Shown here: positions 1-9,277 of the stretch, one piece after another
How the letters are laid out: each line of letters begins with the position of its first letter
Numbering within the stretch: the stretch's first letter is position 1
Source of the DNA: Undibacterium sp. SXout11W
GTDB taxonomy: Bacteria > Pseudomonadota > Gammaproteobacteria > Burkholderiales > Burkholderiaceae_D
Assembly: GCF_049339905.1 (NCBI RefSeq)
Contig: NZ_JBMPPG010000008.1
DNA: 32,000 nt
Strand: one strand, 5' to 3'
The notes under the pieces: model-generated
Databases searched by the model: none
Told to the model about the DNA's origin: nothing
Seen by the model: only the letters and a program-made list of their open reading frames with translations
Translations under genes and position numbers: made by a program

Positions 1-1
1 A

Positions 2-136
2 TCTATTAAAGCGTTCGGACTCGATGTTGTGACCAGTATGTGTGAACGATTGTTACAAGGTGGTGCGCCTGGATTGCATTTTTATTCGCTTAATCAAGCT
101 GCCGCAACCACTGCGATCTGGGAACGTTTAGTGTAA
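2..136 (+). CDS. metF: 5,10-methylenetetrahydrofolate reductase, C-terminal fragment (starts before the window)
   Basis: Frame is open from the window edge and reads SIKAFGLDVVTSMCERLLQGGAPGLHFYSLNQAAATTAIWERLV*. The GxPGxHFY(T/S)LN tail is typical of MetF C-termini. Stop TAA at 134-136. Confidence 0.7.
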   Translation, partial: SIKAFGLDVVTSMCERLLQGGAPGLHFYSLNQAAATTAIWERLV

Positions 137-186
137 TTGTCTACAATTTGATCTTCAGATACGAAGATTTCAGACAGATTTTTTCA

Positions 187-215
187 CGGATAGAGAGGTT
201 TTTCTATCCGTTTTT
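187..215 (+). terminator. Rho-independent terminator downstream of metF
   Basis: Stem cggataga (187-194) pairs with tctatccg (203-210), followed by a T-run at 211-215. Confidence 0.6.
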
Positions 216-553
216 ATTTTTATTTCGTACTCTTTCAGCAGCTGTTTATCCCAGCATTTTTGCTGTTGTTTTCTTGGTCGCAACTGAAATAAGCCTATTA
301 CTTCCCTGCGCTTATGGCTAATATGGTGTTACATCCTCTTACAGGGATAAGCAGTGAAGTACTGACCGGAATGACGATTTTCAGGTTGTAGAAATTGTTT
401 TATTAGCATTTAGTCTGATTGTATGTAGTTTTGCGATCAGACCGGAACATCTTGGACCTTTGGATCAACCGATCTTGGGGAATCTGTCTGCTGTGATAGC
501 GGGTGTTCGCAAAGAGGTGCTTGCGTTTCGCAGCTCACTTTGGAGGAATGGTA

Positions 554-964
554 ATGAAGTTGAGACTCTATTGCTTAATTCCAGTGTTATCTTTTTCTTT
601 TGCCACAATGTCAGCAAACGCTGAACTTGTCGTGATTGTAAATAAAGATAATCCTGCGACCAAAATGTATCTGGCGCAAGTCGCGCAATTCTATCTTGGC
701 GGTTCCACACTCTTCGCTCCGGTGGAATTGGCTGAGAACTCTCCGGCCAGGGCAGAATTTTACAAAAAAGTCTTAGATAAAGATGCGGCGCAGGTGCAAG
801 CCATCTGGTCAAAGCTTTTATTTACGGGCAAAGCCAAAGCACCCAAAGAATTTAAAACCGATGCCGAAGTTAAAAAGTTTGTCAGTGCTACTCCCAACGC
901 CATGGGATATATCGACAAGTCCTCTGTGGATGACACGGTAAAAGTAGTCGCTATCGTTCCTTGA
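554..964 (+). CDS. Small periplasmic PstS-family-like (type 2 periplasmic-binding fold) protein
   Basis: GGAGG at 542-546 lies 7 nt upstream of ATG 554. Signal peptide MKLRLYCLIPVLSFSFATMSANA|E. The mature sequence (VVIVNKDNP...AIWSKLLFTGKAKAP...MGYIDKSSV) resembles the short phosphate-binding-protein-like family. The ORF-track start at 503 is less likely. Confidence 0.6.
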   Translation: MKLRLYCLIPVLSFSFATMSANAELVVIVNKDNPATKMYLAQVAQFYLGGSTLFAPVELAENSPARAEFYKKVLDKDAAQVQAIWSKLLFTGKAKAPKEFKTDAEVKKFVSATPNAMGYIDKSSVDDTVKVVAIVP

Positions 965-999
965 ACGACATCACTGACTCACCTTTTAGGAGATATGCA

Positions 1000-2163
1000 A
1001 TGAAGAAGATTTTATTTACTTTGATGCTGGTTCCAGCCTTTGCTTCTGCGATTGATCTCGATGACGAAGGAACATGGAAGCTCACCGGATTTTATAATTT
1101 GACTGGAGCAAAGGTTATGAGCGGCTCAGCACAGGGAAGCTCAGCGCCATGGACCTACCAAAAATACAATTGCCCTTGCACTATTCAAAATTGGGAATAT
1201 ACCGGTGTCTATGAAAAGTCGAAAGGATGGCAGTTTGATCAGGAATCCCTGGTTGGCTTGCAACTGAAAAAAGAATTTAGCCAGACGCTATCCGCAACTG
1301 TACAAGTCGTTGCGCGCTCACAAAATCCTAACCAGGGCTCTAAGCCAACGGTGGATTGGGCATATTTGACATGGCAGCCATCTGCGGACTCTAACTGGAC
1401 TTTCCAGGCCGGACGTTTCCGTATTCCTTTGTACTATTACAGCGATTATTTGTACATTGGTTATGCGTATCCATGGGTAAGACCAGCACCGGACGTGTAT
1501 GGCTGGCCTGTCTATTCATACAACGGTGCGAATGTTAGTTATCGCACACAGTTAGGAGACTCAGATTGGGCAACCACTGTATCCGTCTGGACGGGAAATT
1601 ACACCCAGGGAAGAGATCCTTACTATTCGAATATCTACAACAACTCAGTCCCCACCAGTGATGCCTGGAAAGGGATTTTGGGTGGATCAATTTCTGTGAA
1701 TAACGGTATCTTTGATGTACGCGCGATGCTCATGCATCATAAAGAAACCGAGATTATCAATGATCCTGTTCTCGGCCAGAGCACGCCAGTGAATGATGCG
1801 TCGACCACGATCATGGGCTTGTCCGCCAATATGGATTATAAGAGCTGGTTGATTAAAACGGAGATAGATCATTTTTCTCAGGTTGATCAGACACAAGGCT
1901 TGAATAATGTCTATAAATACGCACTGGTCGGTGTTGGCTATAACTACAAAGGATTTACGCCGATGTACACCTATTCACGCTACCGCACTGTGGCACAGCC
2001 GATAGAGGGACGGGATACACAAATATTTTCGTTACGTTGGGATGTACGTAAAAATATGGCGCTCAAAATTCAATACGACGTTTCTAAAGACAAATCGACT
2101 TACCCGTACCCATTTTTTGGTGACAACAAGCTCTTATCAATCGCTGTTCAGGGTGTTTTTTAA
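1000..2163 (+). CDS. Putative outer-membrane beta-barrel (porin-like) protein
   Basis: AGGAG at 988-992 precedes ATG 1000. Signal peptide MKKILFTLMLVPAFASA|I. Aromatic/Gly-rich alternating segments and a C-terminal ...AVQGVF with terminal Phe, as in OMP sorting signatures. Adjacent to the PstS-like gene. Confidence 0.55.
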   Translation: MKKILFTLMLVPAFASAIDLDDEGTWKLTGFYNLTGAKVMSGSAQGSSAPWTYQKYNCPCTIQNWEYTGVYEKSKGWQFDQESLVGLQLKKEFSQTLSATVQVVARSQNPNQGSKPTVDWAYLTWQPSADSNWTFQAGRFRIPLYYYSDYLYIGYAYPWVRPAPDVYGWPVYSYNGANVSYRTQLGDSDWATTVSVWTGNYTQGRDPYYSNIYNNSVPTSDAWKGILGGSISVNNGIFDVRAMLMHHKETEIINDPVLGQSTPVNDASTTIMGLSANMDYKSWLIKTEIDHFSQVDQTQGLNNVYKYALVGVGYNYKGFTPMYTYSRYRTVAQPIEGRDTQIFSLRWDVRKNMALKIQYDVSKDKSTYPYPFFGDNKLLSIAVQGVF

Positions 2164-2212
2164 ATTTGTTGTGGTTTGTCGTTGTCCATCGCGCTTTCTC
2201 GTTTCATCTCCG

Positions 2213-2243
2213 AACCCACTTTTTAAAGAGAGTGGGTTTTTTG
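2213..2243 (+). terminator. Rho-independent terminator after the OMP gene
   Basis: Stem aacccact (2213-2220) pairs with agtgggtt (2231-2238), followed by a T-run. Confidence 0.65.
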
Positions 2244-2361
2244 TTTGTGTACACCTATTTTATTATCTGAGCTAACGTTTTGATCTGTATCAAGATTATT
2301 ACTCCTGTACTGACTACAATCGGTTGTCATATTTTGGACGACATCGAAGACGGGAGATAAA

Positions 2362-3144
2362 TTGGCGATAGAACTTTTTAACGACGGCAAACACATCTGC
2401 GTGATGTTTAATGATCTGGTGAAAGATGCCGGTGATCATGCTGTTCAGGCCAATCAATTTCTCATTGTCTCTGATGGTGAAGGTGCATTGATTGATCCTT
2501 CGGGGCATTTGACGTATAACTCTCTAGTGTTGGCGATGCACAAGTATTTGCCTAAGCAGCAGTTGAAGTATTTGTTTGCATCGCATCAGGATCCTGACAT
2601 TATCGGCGCGTTGGATAAATGGTTATTCAGTACAGAATGCAATCTGTATGTATCCAAATTGTGGTCACGTTTTGTGCCACATTTTTGTAATCTGAATCGC
2701 GCTGATGGCCGTATTATTGGTATCCCCGATGAAGGTATGCCGATACGTTTGCGTGATACAACGATACATGCCGTACCTGCACATTTTTTGCATGCGGAAG
2801 GTAATTTTCAATTTTACGATAGCAAATCCAAAATCTTATTTTCAGGAGATATGGGCGCATCGATGGTGGATGCAAACGACATCCAGAAGCCCATGCGTAC
2901 CAAAGAAGATTTTTTCCAGGAACTCCATACCATGAGTGGCTTCCACAAGCGTTACATGGTGTCCAATAAAGTCTGCCGTTTATGGGCGAACATGGTCAGA
3001 GAGATGGATATAGAAATGATGGTGCCGCAGCATGGGCGCTATTTTGTTGGTAAAGAAGCGATTCATGCATTTCTGGATTGGATAGAAAATCTGCAATGTG
3101 GGATTGATTTGTTCACGCAAGAACATTACCGTTTCCGCGGCTGA
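2362..3144 (+). CDS. MBL-fold metallo-hydrolase family protein (flavodiiron / oxygen-binding di-iron-like beta-lactamase fold)
   Basis: 260-aa ORF with a TTG start and GGGAG at 2352-2356. It carries the SHQDPD motif in place of HxHxDH, as in di-iron MBL-fold domains, and later His residues (PAHFLHAEG, PQHG). Confidence 0.55.
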   Translation: MAIELFNDGKHICVMFNDLVKDAGDHAVQANQFLIVSDGEGALIDPSGHLTYNSLVLAMHKYLPKQQLKYLFASHQDPDIIGALDKWLFSTECNLYVSKLWSRFVPHFCNLNRADGRIIGIPDEGMPIRLRDTTIHAVPAHFLHAEGNFQFYDSKSKILFSGDMGASMVDANDIQKPMRTKEDFFQELHTMSGFHKRYMVSNKVCRLWANMVREMDIEMMVPQHGRYFVGKEAIHAFLDWIENLQCGIDLFTQEHYRFRG

Positions 3145-3176
3145 TAAAATCATACCGACGGCGTGGAAGTTGGCAA

Positions 3177-3659
3177 TCAACTTCCACGTGCTTGTTTCAG
3201 AATCGCGTAATCGAGCGGCAATGCGGTGGTACTTTTAATTACTTCCATGACAAAACTGGAACTGACATCCTGCAAGTCAGCGACCTTCACCAGTTTTTTA
3301 TACACCTGATCAAAACCTGCCATGTCAGGCACGTGGACTTTGAGCAGGTAATCAATATCACCGCTCATGCGTAAAATCTCGACAATTTCCGGAATGTCTT
3401 TGACGCCGCCGATAAATTTCTGCATCCATTTCTCATTATGTTGCGCAGCTTTGAGTGTAACCATGACGGTAAGCCCGAGATTGAGTTTGACCGGGTCGCA
3501 GAGAACTACCTGCTGACGAATCACACCTTCATCTTGCAGTTTCTGCAAACGTCGCCAACAGGGCGTCACTGATAAATGCACCGCTTGTGCCAGATCCGAT
3601 AATGCAATTGATGCATCTTTTTGTAGAAAGTGGAGAATTTCTAGATCTTTTTTATCCAT
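3177..3659 (-). CDS. Lrp/AsnC family transcriptional regulator
   Basis: 160 aa. N-terminal wHTH (MDKKDLEILHFLQKDASIALSDLAQAVHLSVTPCWRRLQKLQDEGVI) plus a C-terminal RAM/AsnC-type domain (GDIDYLLKVHVPDMAGFDQVY). Divergent from metC. Confidence 0.9.
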   Translation of the reverse strand: MDKKDLEILHFLQKDASIALSDLAQAVHLSVTPCWRRLQKLQDEGVIRQQVVLCDPVKLNLGLTVMVTLKAAQHNEKWMQKFIGGVKDIPEIVEILRMSGDIDYLLKVHVPDMAGFDQVYKKLVKVADLQDVSSSFVMEVIKSTTALPLDYAILKQARGS

Positions 3660-3672
3660 GATTTCACTATAT

Positions 3673-3687
3673 TAGAAAATTTTTCTA
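3673..3687. promoter_or_regulatory. Candidate Lrp-family operator in the lrp-like/metC divergent intergenic region
   Basis: TAGAAAATTTTTCTA matches all 15 positions of the E. coli Lrp SELEX consensus YAGHAWATTWTDCTR. It is near-palindromic and lies 14 nt upstream of the regulator start codon. Confidence 0.5.
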
Positions 3688-3814
3688 AAAATACCACATT
3701 TTTATAAAGTATTTAGTAAAAAATTTCTGCTCATGATTGTTACGATGGAGTCCGGTATGTTTAGCACTATTTGCTAAGCCTCAAATTCAGAATAACTATG
3801 TACTTGGAGCAATC

Positions 3815-5020
3815 ATGAGCAAGCACGAATCCCATCTGCAAACCGCGACCCGTCTGACCCATGCCGGCCGTAAAGGCAAAGACCATCACGGACCGGTGAA
3901 TCCGCCGCTGGTTCGTGCATCGACCATGTTGTTCCCTGATTGTGCCGCCTTACAAGAAGCCAATGGCACACGCCGCGTGTATGCGCGTCACGCCACCGAA
4001 ACGACCATGGCGCTGGAACAGGCTCTATGCGCAGCAGAAGGCGCTGCAGCATGCATGTTGACACCTTCAGGTCTCTCCGCAATTACAACGACCCTGTTGG
4101 CCTTATTGAAGCCTGGCGACCATTTGCTGATGGTCGATACTACTTATGATCCGACACGCCAATTTTGTGAAGGGCTGTTGAAACAAAACGGCATATCGAC
4201 GACCTACTATGATCCTTTGATTGGTGCAGGAATCTCCGCACTGATGCAGCCAAATACCAAAGTTGTTTTTGTGGAGTCTCCTGGTTCTTTGACATTTGAA
4301 GTGCAAGATATTCCAGCTATCGCAGCCGTTGCTCATGCTGGTGGTGCCGTCGTGGTTTCAGATAGCACATGGGCGACACCAATTGGGTGGGCATCGTTTG
4401 AACTAGGTATCGATGTCTCTATCCACGCTGCTACAAAATACATCGTCGGTCATTCGGATGCATTAATGGGCGCGATTTTGACAAATGAGGCTTTGCAACA
4501 TCGTGTGCGCGACACCTACAAACAATTAGGTATGTCGATAGGCGGTGATGATGCAGCTCTCGCTTTGCGTGGTTTGCGTACCATGGCAGCACGCCTGGCA
4601 GTACATCGCGAAAGCGCAAAAGTCGTTGCACGGTGGTTGCAATCACAACCAGAAGTTGCCGAAGTATTGTACCCACCAATGGAAGGCACAGCAGGGCACG
4701 AATTATGGAAACGTGATTTCCGCCCCGAATATGCATGTGGTTTAATGGGTGCAGTTTTCCATCGTGATGTGACGAAGCAGCAGGTGGCGGAATTGATTGA
4801 CCGTACGCGCTTGTTCGGTATCGGTTTTAGCTGGGGTGGTTACGAGAGCCTGATTTTGCCAACATGCCCGTCAAATTATCGTACCATCAACTCAGAAAAA
4901 TGGGTTGCACCAATGCTGCGCTTGCACGTTGGTCTGGAAGCAGTCGAAGACTTGTTAGCTGATCTGGAAGTTGGTTTTAGTGCTTTGCGTGCTTTGCCGA
5001 CGATGGCGCAGGTTGCGTGA
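3815..5020 (+). CDS. metC: Cystathionine beta-lyase (PLP-dependent, Cys/Met metabolism family)
   Basis: GGAG at 3806-3809 precedes ATG 3815 (MSKHESHLQTATRLTHAG...). PLP-lysine motif HAATKYIVGHSD. C-terminal FSWGGYESLI is typical of MetC. The ORF-track start at 3737 is probably an over-extension. Confidence 0.85.
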   Translation: MSKHESHLQTATRLTHAGRKGKDHHGPVNPPLVRASTMLFPDCAALQEANGTRRVYARHATETTMALEQALCAAEGAAACMLTPSGLSAITTTLLALLKPGDHLLMVDTTYDPTRQFCEGLLKQNGISTTYYDPLIGAGISALMQPNTKVVFVESPGSLTFEVQDIPAIAAVAHAGGAVVVSDSTWATPIGWASFELGIDVSIHAATKYIVGHSDALMGAILTNEALQHRVRDTYKQLGMSIGGDDAALALRGLRTMAARLAVHRESAKVVARWLQSQPEVAEVLYPPMEGTAGHELWKRDFRPEYACGLMGAVFHRDVTKQQVAELIDRTRLFGIGFSWGGYESLILPTCPSNYRTINSEKWVAPMLRLHVGLEAVEDLLADLEVGFSALRALPTMAQVA

Positions 5021-5044
5021 TTTAATCAATATCATTTATCTGGC

Positions 5045-5070
5045 GAACGTGGCAGAAAGTAGCCATGTTC
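5045..5070. terminator. Possible shared hairpin between convergent metC and the toxin-array end
   Basis: gaacgtggc (5045-5053) pairs with gccatgttc (5062-5070) with one G-U pair. There is no clear U-tract on either strand. Confidence 0.3.
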
Positions 5071-5123
5071 GTTAAGCATTTCATCTCGTCCGAGTTGAAA
5101 TGATGTTCGATAGCGCCCTCGCA

Positions 5124-5435
5124 TCAATAATCAGTCTCGATTTTTTGCCCGGTTTTTTTATCGATGTACCAGCCTTTTTCAACGACTTTTCCTCCACTGA
5201 TGTGAGCCTCTTTGAAATCGCCACCGGGATTAGAATGGACAGATAAATTGCGACCTGCTCGTTCAATATCCCAGCCAAACAATACGCCATCCGATTGCAC
5301 CCGGAACTTCAGACGCAAATTGCCTCCGTGCTCGCGAATATCATTTAGCACTTCTTCTGGGATACGCTCTGCCACCGGGAAGGTAATCAAAAGGCGATTT
5401 TCAGTATCGTAATGCAGTTGGATTAATACCCTCAT
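5124..5435 (-). CDS. Hypothetical 103-aa cytoplasmic protein, last gene of the array (possible immunity or accessory protein)
   Basis: ATG 5433-5435 abuts the upstream stop TGA at 5436-5438 (TGAATG). No signal peptide and no recognisable motifs. Confidence 0.55.
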   Translation of the reverse strand: MRVLIQLHYDTENRLLITFPVAERIPEEVLNDIREHGGNLRLKFRVQSDGVLFGWDIERAGRNLSVHSNPGGDFKEAHISGGKVVEKGWYIDKKTGQKIETDY

Positions 5436-6263
5436 TCAAGAATCAACAAATTTATTATTGAGATGGTCAAATGGCTCAAAGAAGCATGTCGGCAAAGGCA
5501 CTTCGATTCCCTGAATGATCATTGGTGGCAACTCCAAACGAAACCGGATTGGGCGTAATGGAAGATCATAATAAAGGGTTTGATCTATCGAGCTTTTAGA
5601 CATTTTCCTATCAGTAGCTGGCCATACATCAGCTTCGGTAAGTGATTTCAGGTAAGCTTGCCCTGGTAATATTCCGCCGTCAGTTGTTCGTGGAATTTCT
5701 AATTTATGAGTTGGGTAACTCACTTTATCGCCCTGAATTAACGCGAACTTCCGATAGTCGATTGACATAGCATTTCGAGGTATAGGACCTGACATGTACT
5801 CTTCTCGGCTACCACAGTCCATATATTTTCCAGTATACGAAATCAAATTTTTCGGTCGAATATCGGACAAGCGTAAAAATAGATATAGCGTATTAAAATA
5901 GAGATAAAAACCTTGCTTGGAGGTTGCTTGTACGTCTCTGCGTACGGCTGGATCAAATAACACTGGCACCCTATTTTGGGTGGCTAACTGACTTAAATAT
6001 GCCCTCACTGCCGTTTGTTGTTTCGGCTCATTGGGCATTGTAGGAACAGTCACTCCACACACGTTCGTTTGCCATAAGGCATCAGGCGTATTGATCGCCG
6101 TATATATTCGCTTTTCATCGCGCTCCTCTGGCTGTATCGCAGGATTCAGGCGTAAAACGGCGTCCGTCATCGCTTGTCCAACGTTGCTTGCCTGACTCGC
6201 ACTGCTACCGAGCAAGCTGATCGCACCAGCGCTACCTGCAAAAATAAATTGTCGTCTTTTCAT
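5436..6263 (-). CDS. Tat-signal exported hypothetical protein, partner of orphan toxin 6 (candidate alternative immunity protein)
   Basis: ATG at 6261-6263 gives MKRRQFIFAGSAGAISLLGSSASQA, with a twin-arginine motif, hydrophobic region and AxA site. It lies 8 nt after the toxin-6 stop. No beta-helix repeats. The ORF-track TTG at 6275 is less likely. Confidence 0.65.
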   Translation of the reverse strand: MKRRQFIFAGSAGAISLLGSSASQASNVGQAMTDAVLRLNPAIQPEERDEKRIYTAINTPDALWQTNVCGVTVPTMPNEPKQQTAVRAYLSQLATQNRVPVLFDPAVRRDVQATSKQGFYLYFNTLYLFLRLSDIRPKNLISYTGKYMDCGSREEYMSGPIPRNAMSIDYRKFALIQGDKVSYPTHKLEIPRTTDGGILPGQAYLKSLTEADVWPATDRKMSKSSIDQTLYYDLPLRPIRFRLELPPMIIQGIEVPLPTCFFEPFDHLNNKFVDS

Positions 6264-6271
6264 AGATATTC

Positions 6272-7288
6272 TCAAGGGTTAGGAGGACGAGGACAGGCTT
6301 TGGACGGCAGAATCGTTCCTGCATATTTAAATTCGCCAGCATCGTTTTTTTCATCGCAACTTAAACTGCCAAGCGCTTTGGTACGATTATCGGCAGCGAG
6401 CGATTCGTTATAAGCCCAAGCAGGGTCTTTCATATTCACATTAATTCCCATCTCCTCTAATGCCGCATCCAGAATATCTAATTTTTTACTGAACGCGGCA
6501 TTGATCGAGTCAACATTATCGTGATTCACCTCTGCATGTTTAGTTCTTGTCTGATTACCCTGATCGTCCCAAGAAAAATCATATTGTTCGCTCTCGCCAG
6601 TTTTATTAAACTCGATCAGCGTTTCCAACACACTCAAGAAATCATGATCACTACTGCGACTCCAGGTCGTCTGCTGAGTAAACTGGTCGAACATCGCTTG
6701 CTTTGCACTCAAGGTGCGACCGGCATTGGTACCCCAATAAGTGCCACCATTATTGGCGTTCGGTTGACTGCCGGGAAACAGCTTATTGACAAAAACACTA
6801 TAACCCCAGTGATTAAAGGTATAGTCGGGATCGGAATCGTTCAGACCATGACCGATGCCCAAACCAAGATCGACTCCGCGATAAGGCGTATCGTCTGTTT
6901 TTGCATGACTGTAGGTATCGGCCAACGCATGTAAAGTTTCTCCAAAAAAACTCTGCTTAGCACAACTGCTTGGAGCGTTGAGGTAGGCGTTGTAAAGATT
7001 ATTAAGTTGATTTCCTTTCATGATAGTGTGGATGTTTGCTTTGTTATCCAATGTATCCGCCATAAAATGATAATACTGCAATCGCGTTTGATTGGTCGTT
7101 ATGCTGGCATAAACATCGACCTCACCATTCACATTCGTGTTGACAGGAGTAGTTAACGGATTATCGTCTATGTATTGTGACGCTAGCGCAATGTTACGGG
7201 CAACTTGTGTATCAAGTCCTGAGGTCAATGCCAGAAAAAACACCATGTAATAATGCATATCGATCTGATACAACCCCGTCGGATCCAT
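6272..7288 (-). CDS. Orphan Rhs C-terminal toxin cassette 6 (H/D-motif family)
   Basis: Starts inside the rhs core terminus remnant (..DTYLYAQGDPLNR-MDPTGLYQ). Carries all family motifs: MHYYM, SQYIDDNP, YHF, GETLHALADTYSH, GIGHG, DPDYT, and a Cys...YAGTILP..C tail. Confidence 0.8.
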   Translation of the reverse strand: MDPTGLYQIDMHYYMVFFLALTSGLDTQVARNIALASQYIDDNPLTTPVNTNVNGEVDVYASITTNQTRLQYYHFMADTLDNKANIHTIMKGNQLNNLYNAYLNAPSSCAKQSFFGETLHALADTYSHAKTDDTPYRGVDLGLGIGHGLNDSDPDYTFNHWGYSVFVNKLFPGSQPNANNGGTYWGTNAGRTLSAKQAMFDQFTQQTTWSRSSDHDFLSVLETLIEFNKTGESEQYDFSWDDQGNQTRTKHAEVNHDNVDSINAAFSKKLDILDAALEEMGINVNMKDPAWAYNESLAADNRTKALGSLSCDEKNDAGEFKYAGTILPSKACPRPPNP

Positions 7289-7331
7289 TCGGTTGAGTGG
7301 ATCGCCTTGTGCGTAGAGGTATGTATCTTAG

Positions 7332-8327
7332 TTATTTCATCTGATTCCCACGTTCAGTCGCGTTACTCACTTCATCCTTACGAAGCAAGGTACTCGTATT
7401 TTCAACGATGTTATTTTCGATCAACACGTTGTTTGAACTTAGCAGATTGATTGCCGCTTCAGCTTTATTCTTAGTGAAGCCTGACGATTGCACGATAAAG
7501 CGGTTATTGCGAATAATGGCGCCATCGGCGTCTCGTAGTTTTAAAGCTGCAGGGAGTGTCGCTTTGTCTTTGTCACTGAGTTTGATGATGAATGTATTAC
7601 CCTCGATAATAGGACGTGGGCCGTACAAATAAACTGCTACTTTGCCATCAACCTCAATCACGTTATTGCGAACAACGTTATCCGCACCAGACATAATAAT
7701 GCCGCGACCGCCGGATTGAATGTGGAGGTTTTCTGCAGTGTAGCGGGTTGATTTATAGCTGGAAACACTAAGATCGTCGAAGTGCTTGTCTTCGAGATTT
7801 TGTTTGAGCAGGTACTCAAAATTTAATATTGATGCAAGCGTGATACCTACGCCAAATGTGCCGGGTGTGATCACAGTTCCATTGTGAATTCGCAGATTTA
7901 TCGGCGTATTTCCAGCCATATACATGGTTGTAATGCCTACGGCATCGTCAAATGGAGCGCTTGAAATTAGGTGATTACGCAGGTCTAAATCAGCATTGTT
8001 AATTCTGTAAAAACTTATGACACCTTCGCCACCTGGATTGCCTTGATTACTGCGATCACTATCATGCGCATGATAACGTTGCCGCTGGATAAAATCGTGC
8101 ACCACACAATTTTTACCAGTAAAATCAACCGTGGTTATAATAGGGACGTAACCTCCATCGTATTTAACTGCTTTACATCCTTCAGGTAAAGTGATTTTAT
8201 CGCTTGCTGGATGCTGGCTTTCTGCCCATGCCTCATGAGTATAAGTTTGTTCAGATAAGCCGCTACAGCCGCTGATAGCTGCACATATAACAACCGCGAA
8301 TAGACTTATAGCTTTACTTCTTTGCAT
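7332..8327 (-). CDS. Exported right-handed beta-helix lipoprotein, partner of toxin 5 (candidate immunity protein)
   Basis: GGGAG lies 6 nt upstream of ATG 8325-8327. Lipoprotein signal MQRSKAISLFAVVICAAISG|C. C-terminal PbH1-type repeats (NVVRNNVIEV.., AIIRNNRFIV.., AAINLLSSNNVLIENNIVEN). Overlaps the toxin-5 3' end by 22 nt. Confidence 0.75.
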   Translation of the reverse strand: MQRSKAISLFAVVICAAISGCSGLSEQTYTHEAWAESQHPASDKITLPEGCKAVKYDGGYVPIITTVDFTGKNCVVHDFIQRQRYHAHDSDRSNQGNPGGEGVISFYRINNADLDLRNHLISSAPFDDAVGITTMYMAGNTPINLRIHNGTVITPGTFGVGITLASILNFEYLLKQNLEDKHFDDLSVSSYKSTRYTAENLHIQSGGRGIIMSGADNVVRNNVIEVDGKVAVYLYGPRPIIEGNTFIIKLSDKDKATLPAALKLRDADGAIIRNNRFIVQSSGFTKNKAEAAINLLSSNNVLIENNIVENTSTLLRKDEVSNATERGNQMK

Positions 8328-9277
8328 ACTGTGCTCCCTGGTAAACAAACGCCTGGATATTTGTCTTCTTGTCCTTTTAAATCACCAAGAAATTGGTCTC
8401 TATTTTTTTTAGCATCCTTTAAAATATAGGCGTCCTTCGCAATTGATGTATCCGTAGCGACTAACTCAATTTTTTCCACTCTTGTCCCGTCAGCATTTGT
8501 CAAATTAAGCTTCTTTTCTCCAATCCAGTTATTTAGTGTCTCTTGCAACAGCTTTTTCTTATACGGAGAATCTTCCCCATGCTCACGAATCGCATTAAAC
8601 GTTTTCAGAATGACGTCGATCTCATCGGGAGAAACTGCACTCGACGTACTGAAATCTTTTAATTTTCCCAAAATAGCTCTTTCAGCTGCGAAGCTTCTTT
8701 CTTCGCGCACATTCCATACTTTTGCAATGACGATGGGATCGGTGCCAGTGTAATTGGGGTCGCCGTTATAGGTGTAATCTGGTTGTTCGCCTGATAATCC
8801 ATGCCCAACACCTAGCCCCATCGTCAATGCATCAATTGGCCTGTTCATACCATCTCGATGACTAAACGTATCTGCATAAGAGTGTAAAAATTCACCCAGG
8901 AATTGATATTTAGCGCACGGTTGGCTAGGGTTACCAATTGACACTGCGTTCGAGAGATTTTTTAATTGTGGGCTGAGATTACTATTCACAATCCCGACAT
9001 CACTATTATCAAATTTCTTTATCGTATGCCCATTATCATCCGACAACGTAAAGTGATACCACTTCAATTGTTGTTGATTTTTGAGCGGAGACTCAAGAAG
9101 TTTTGCCATTGTCTCATCGTCTACCGGACGCGTAATCGGGTTATTGTCCACGTACTGCGAAGCCAAGGCTGTAATTTTTGCAGTGGTGTAATCCATGCCC
9201 GATGCCAAAGCAAGAAAGAAGACCATGTAGTAGTGCATATCTTCTTGATACAAGCCCGATGGATCAATCTTATTCAA
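8306..9277 (-). CDS. Orphan Rhs C-terminal toxin cassette 5 (H/D-motif family)
   Basis: Begins at (L/M)NKIDPSGLYQ. The frame upstream (to about 9345) still encodes GYRDGPDAYLYAQGDP of the rhs core. Motifs present: MHYYM, SQYVDNNP, YHF, GEFLHSYADTFSH, GVGHG, QPDYT. There is no canonical start, only the TTG that encodes Leu in the rhs context. Confidence 0.75.
   Translation of the reverse strand: MNKIDPSGLYQEDMHYYMVFFLALASGMDYTTAKITALASQYVDNNPITRPVDDETMAKLLESPLKNQQQLKWYHFTLSDDNGHTIKKFDNSDVGIVNSNLSPQLKNLSNAVSIGNPSQPCAKYQFLGEFLHSYADTFSHRDGMNRPIDALTMGLGVGHGLSGEQPDYTYNGDPNYTGTDPIVIAKVWNVREERSFAAERAILGKLKDFSTSSAVSPDEIDVILKTFNAIREHGEDSPYKKKLLQETLNNWIGEKKLNLTNADGTRVEKIELVATDTSIAKDAYILKDAKKNRDQFLGDLKGQEDKYPGVCLPGSTVCKEVKL

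Noticed and set aside
476-505. Possible Pho box (ctgtctgctgtgata) upstream of the PstS-like gene.
   Set aside because: The two CTGT half-sites lack the spacing and sequence of the CTGTCAT-N4-CTGTCAT consensus. This is too weak to call.
136-553. Long (about 400 nt) untranslated gap after metF that might hold a riboswitch or sRNA.
   Set aside because: I could not recognise any known riboswitch core or a convincing promoter/terminator pair beyond the metF terminator. It is left unannotated.
465-812. 115-aa minus-strand ORF overlapping the PstS-like gene.
   Set aside because: It is antisense to a better-supported gene with an RBS and signal peptide. Its composition is Arg/Leu/Pro-rich, typical of an antisense frame.
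5081-5290. 69-aa ORF overlapping the 103-aa gene in another frame, and the 22289-22606 + strand ORF in the mrcA/GIY-YIG gap.
   Set aside because: There is no RBS or motif support. The first is nested in a better-coupled ORF. The second spans an intergenic region and a terminator and reads into the mrcA antisense.
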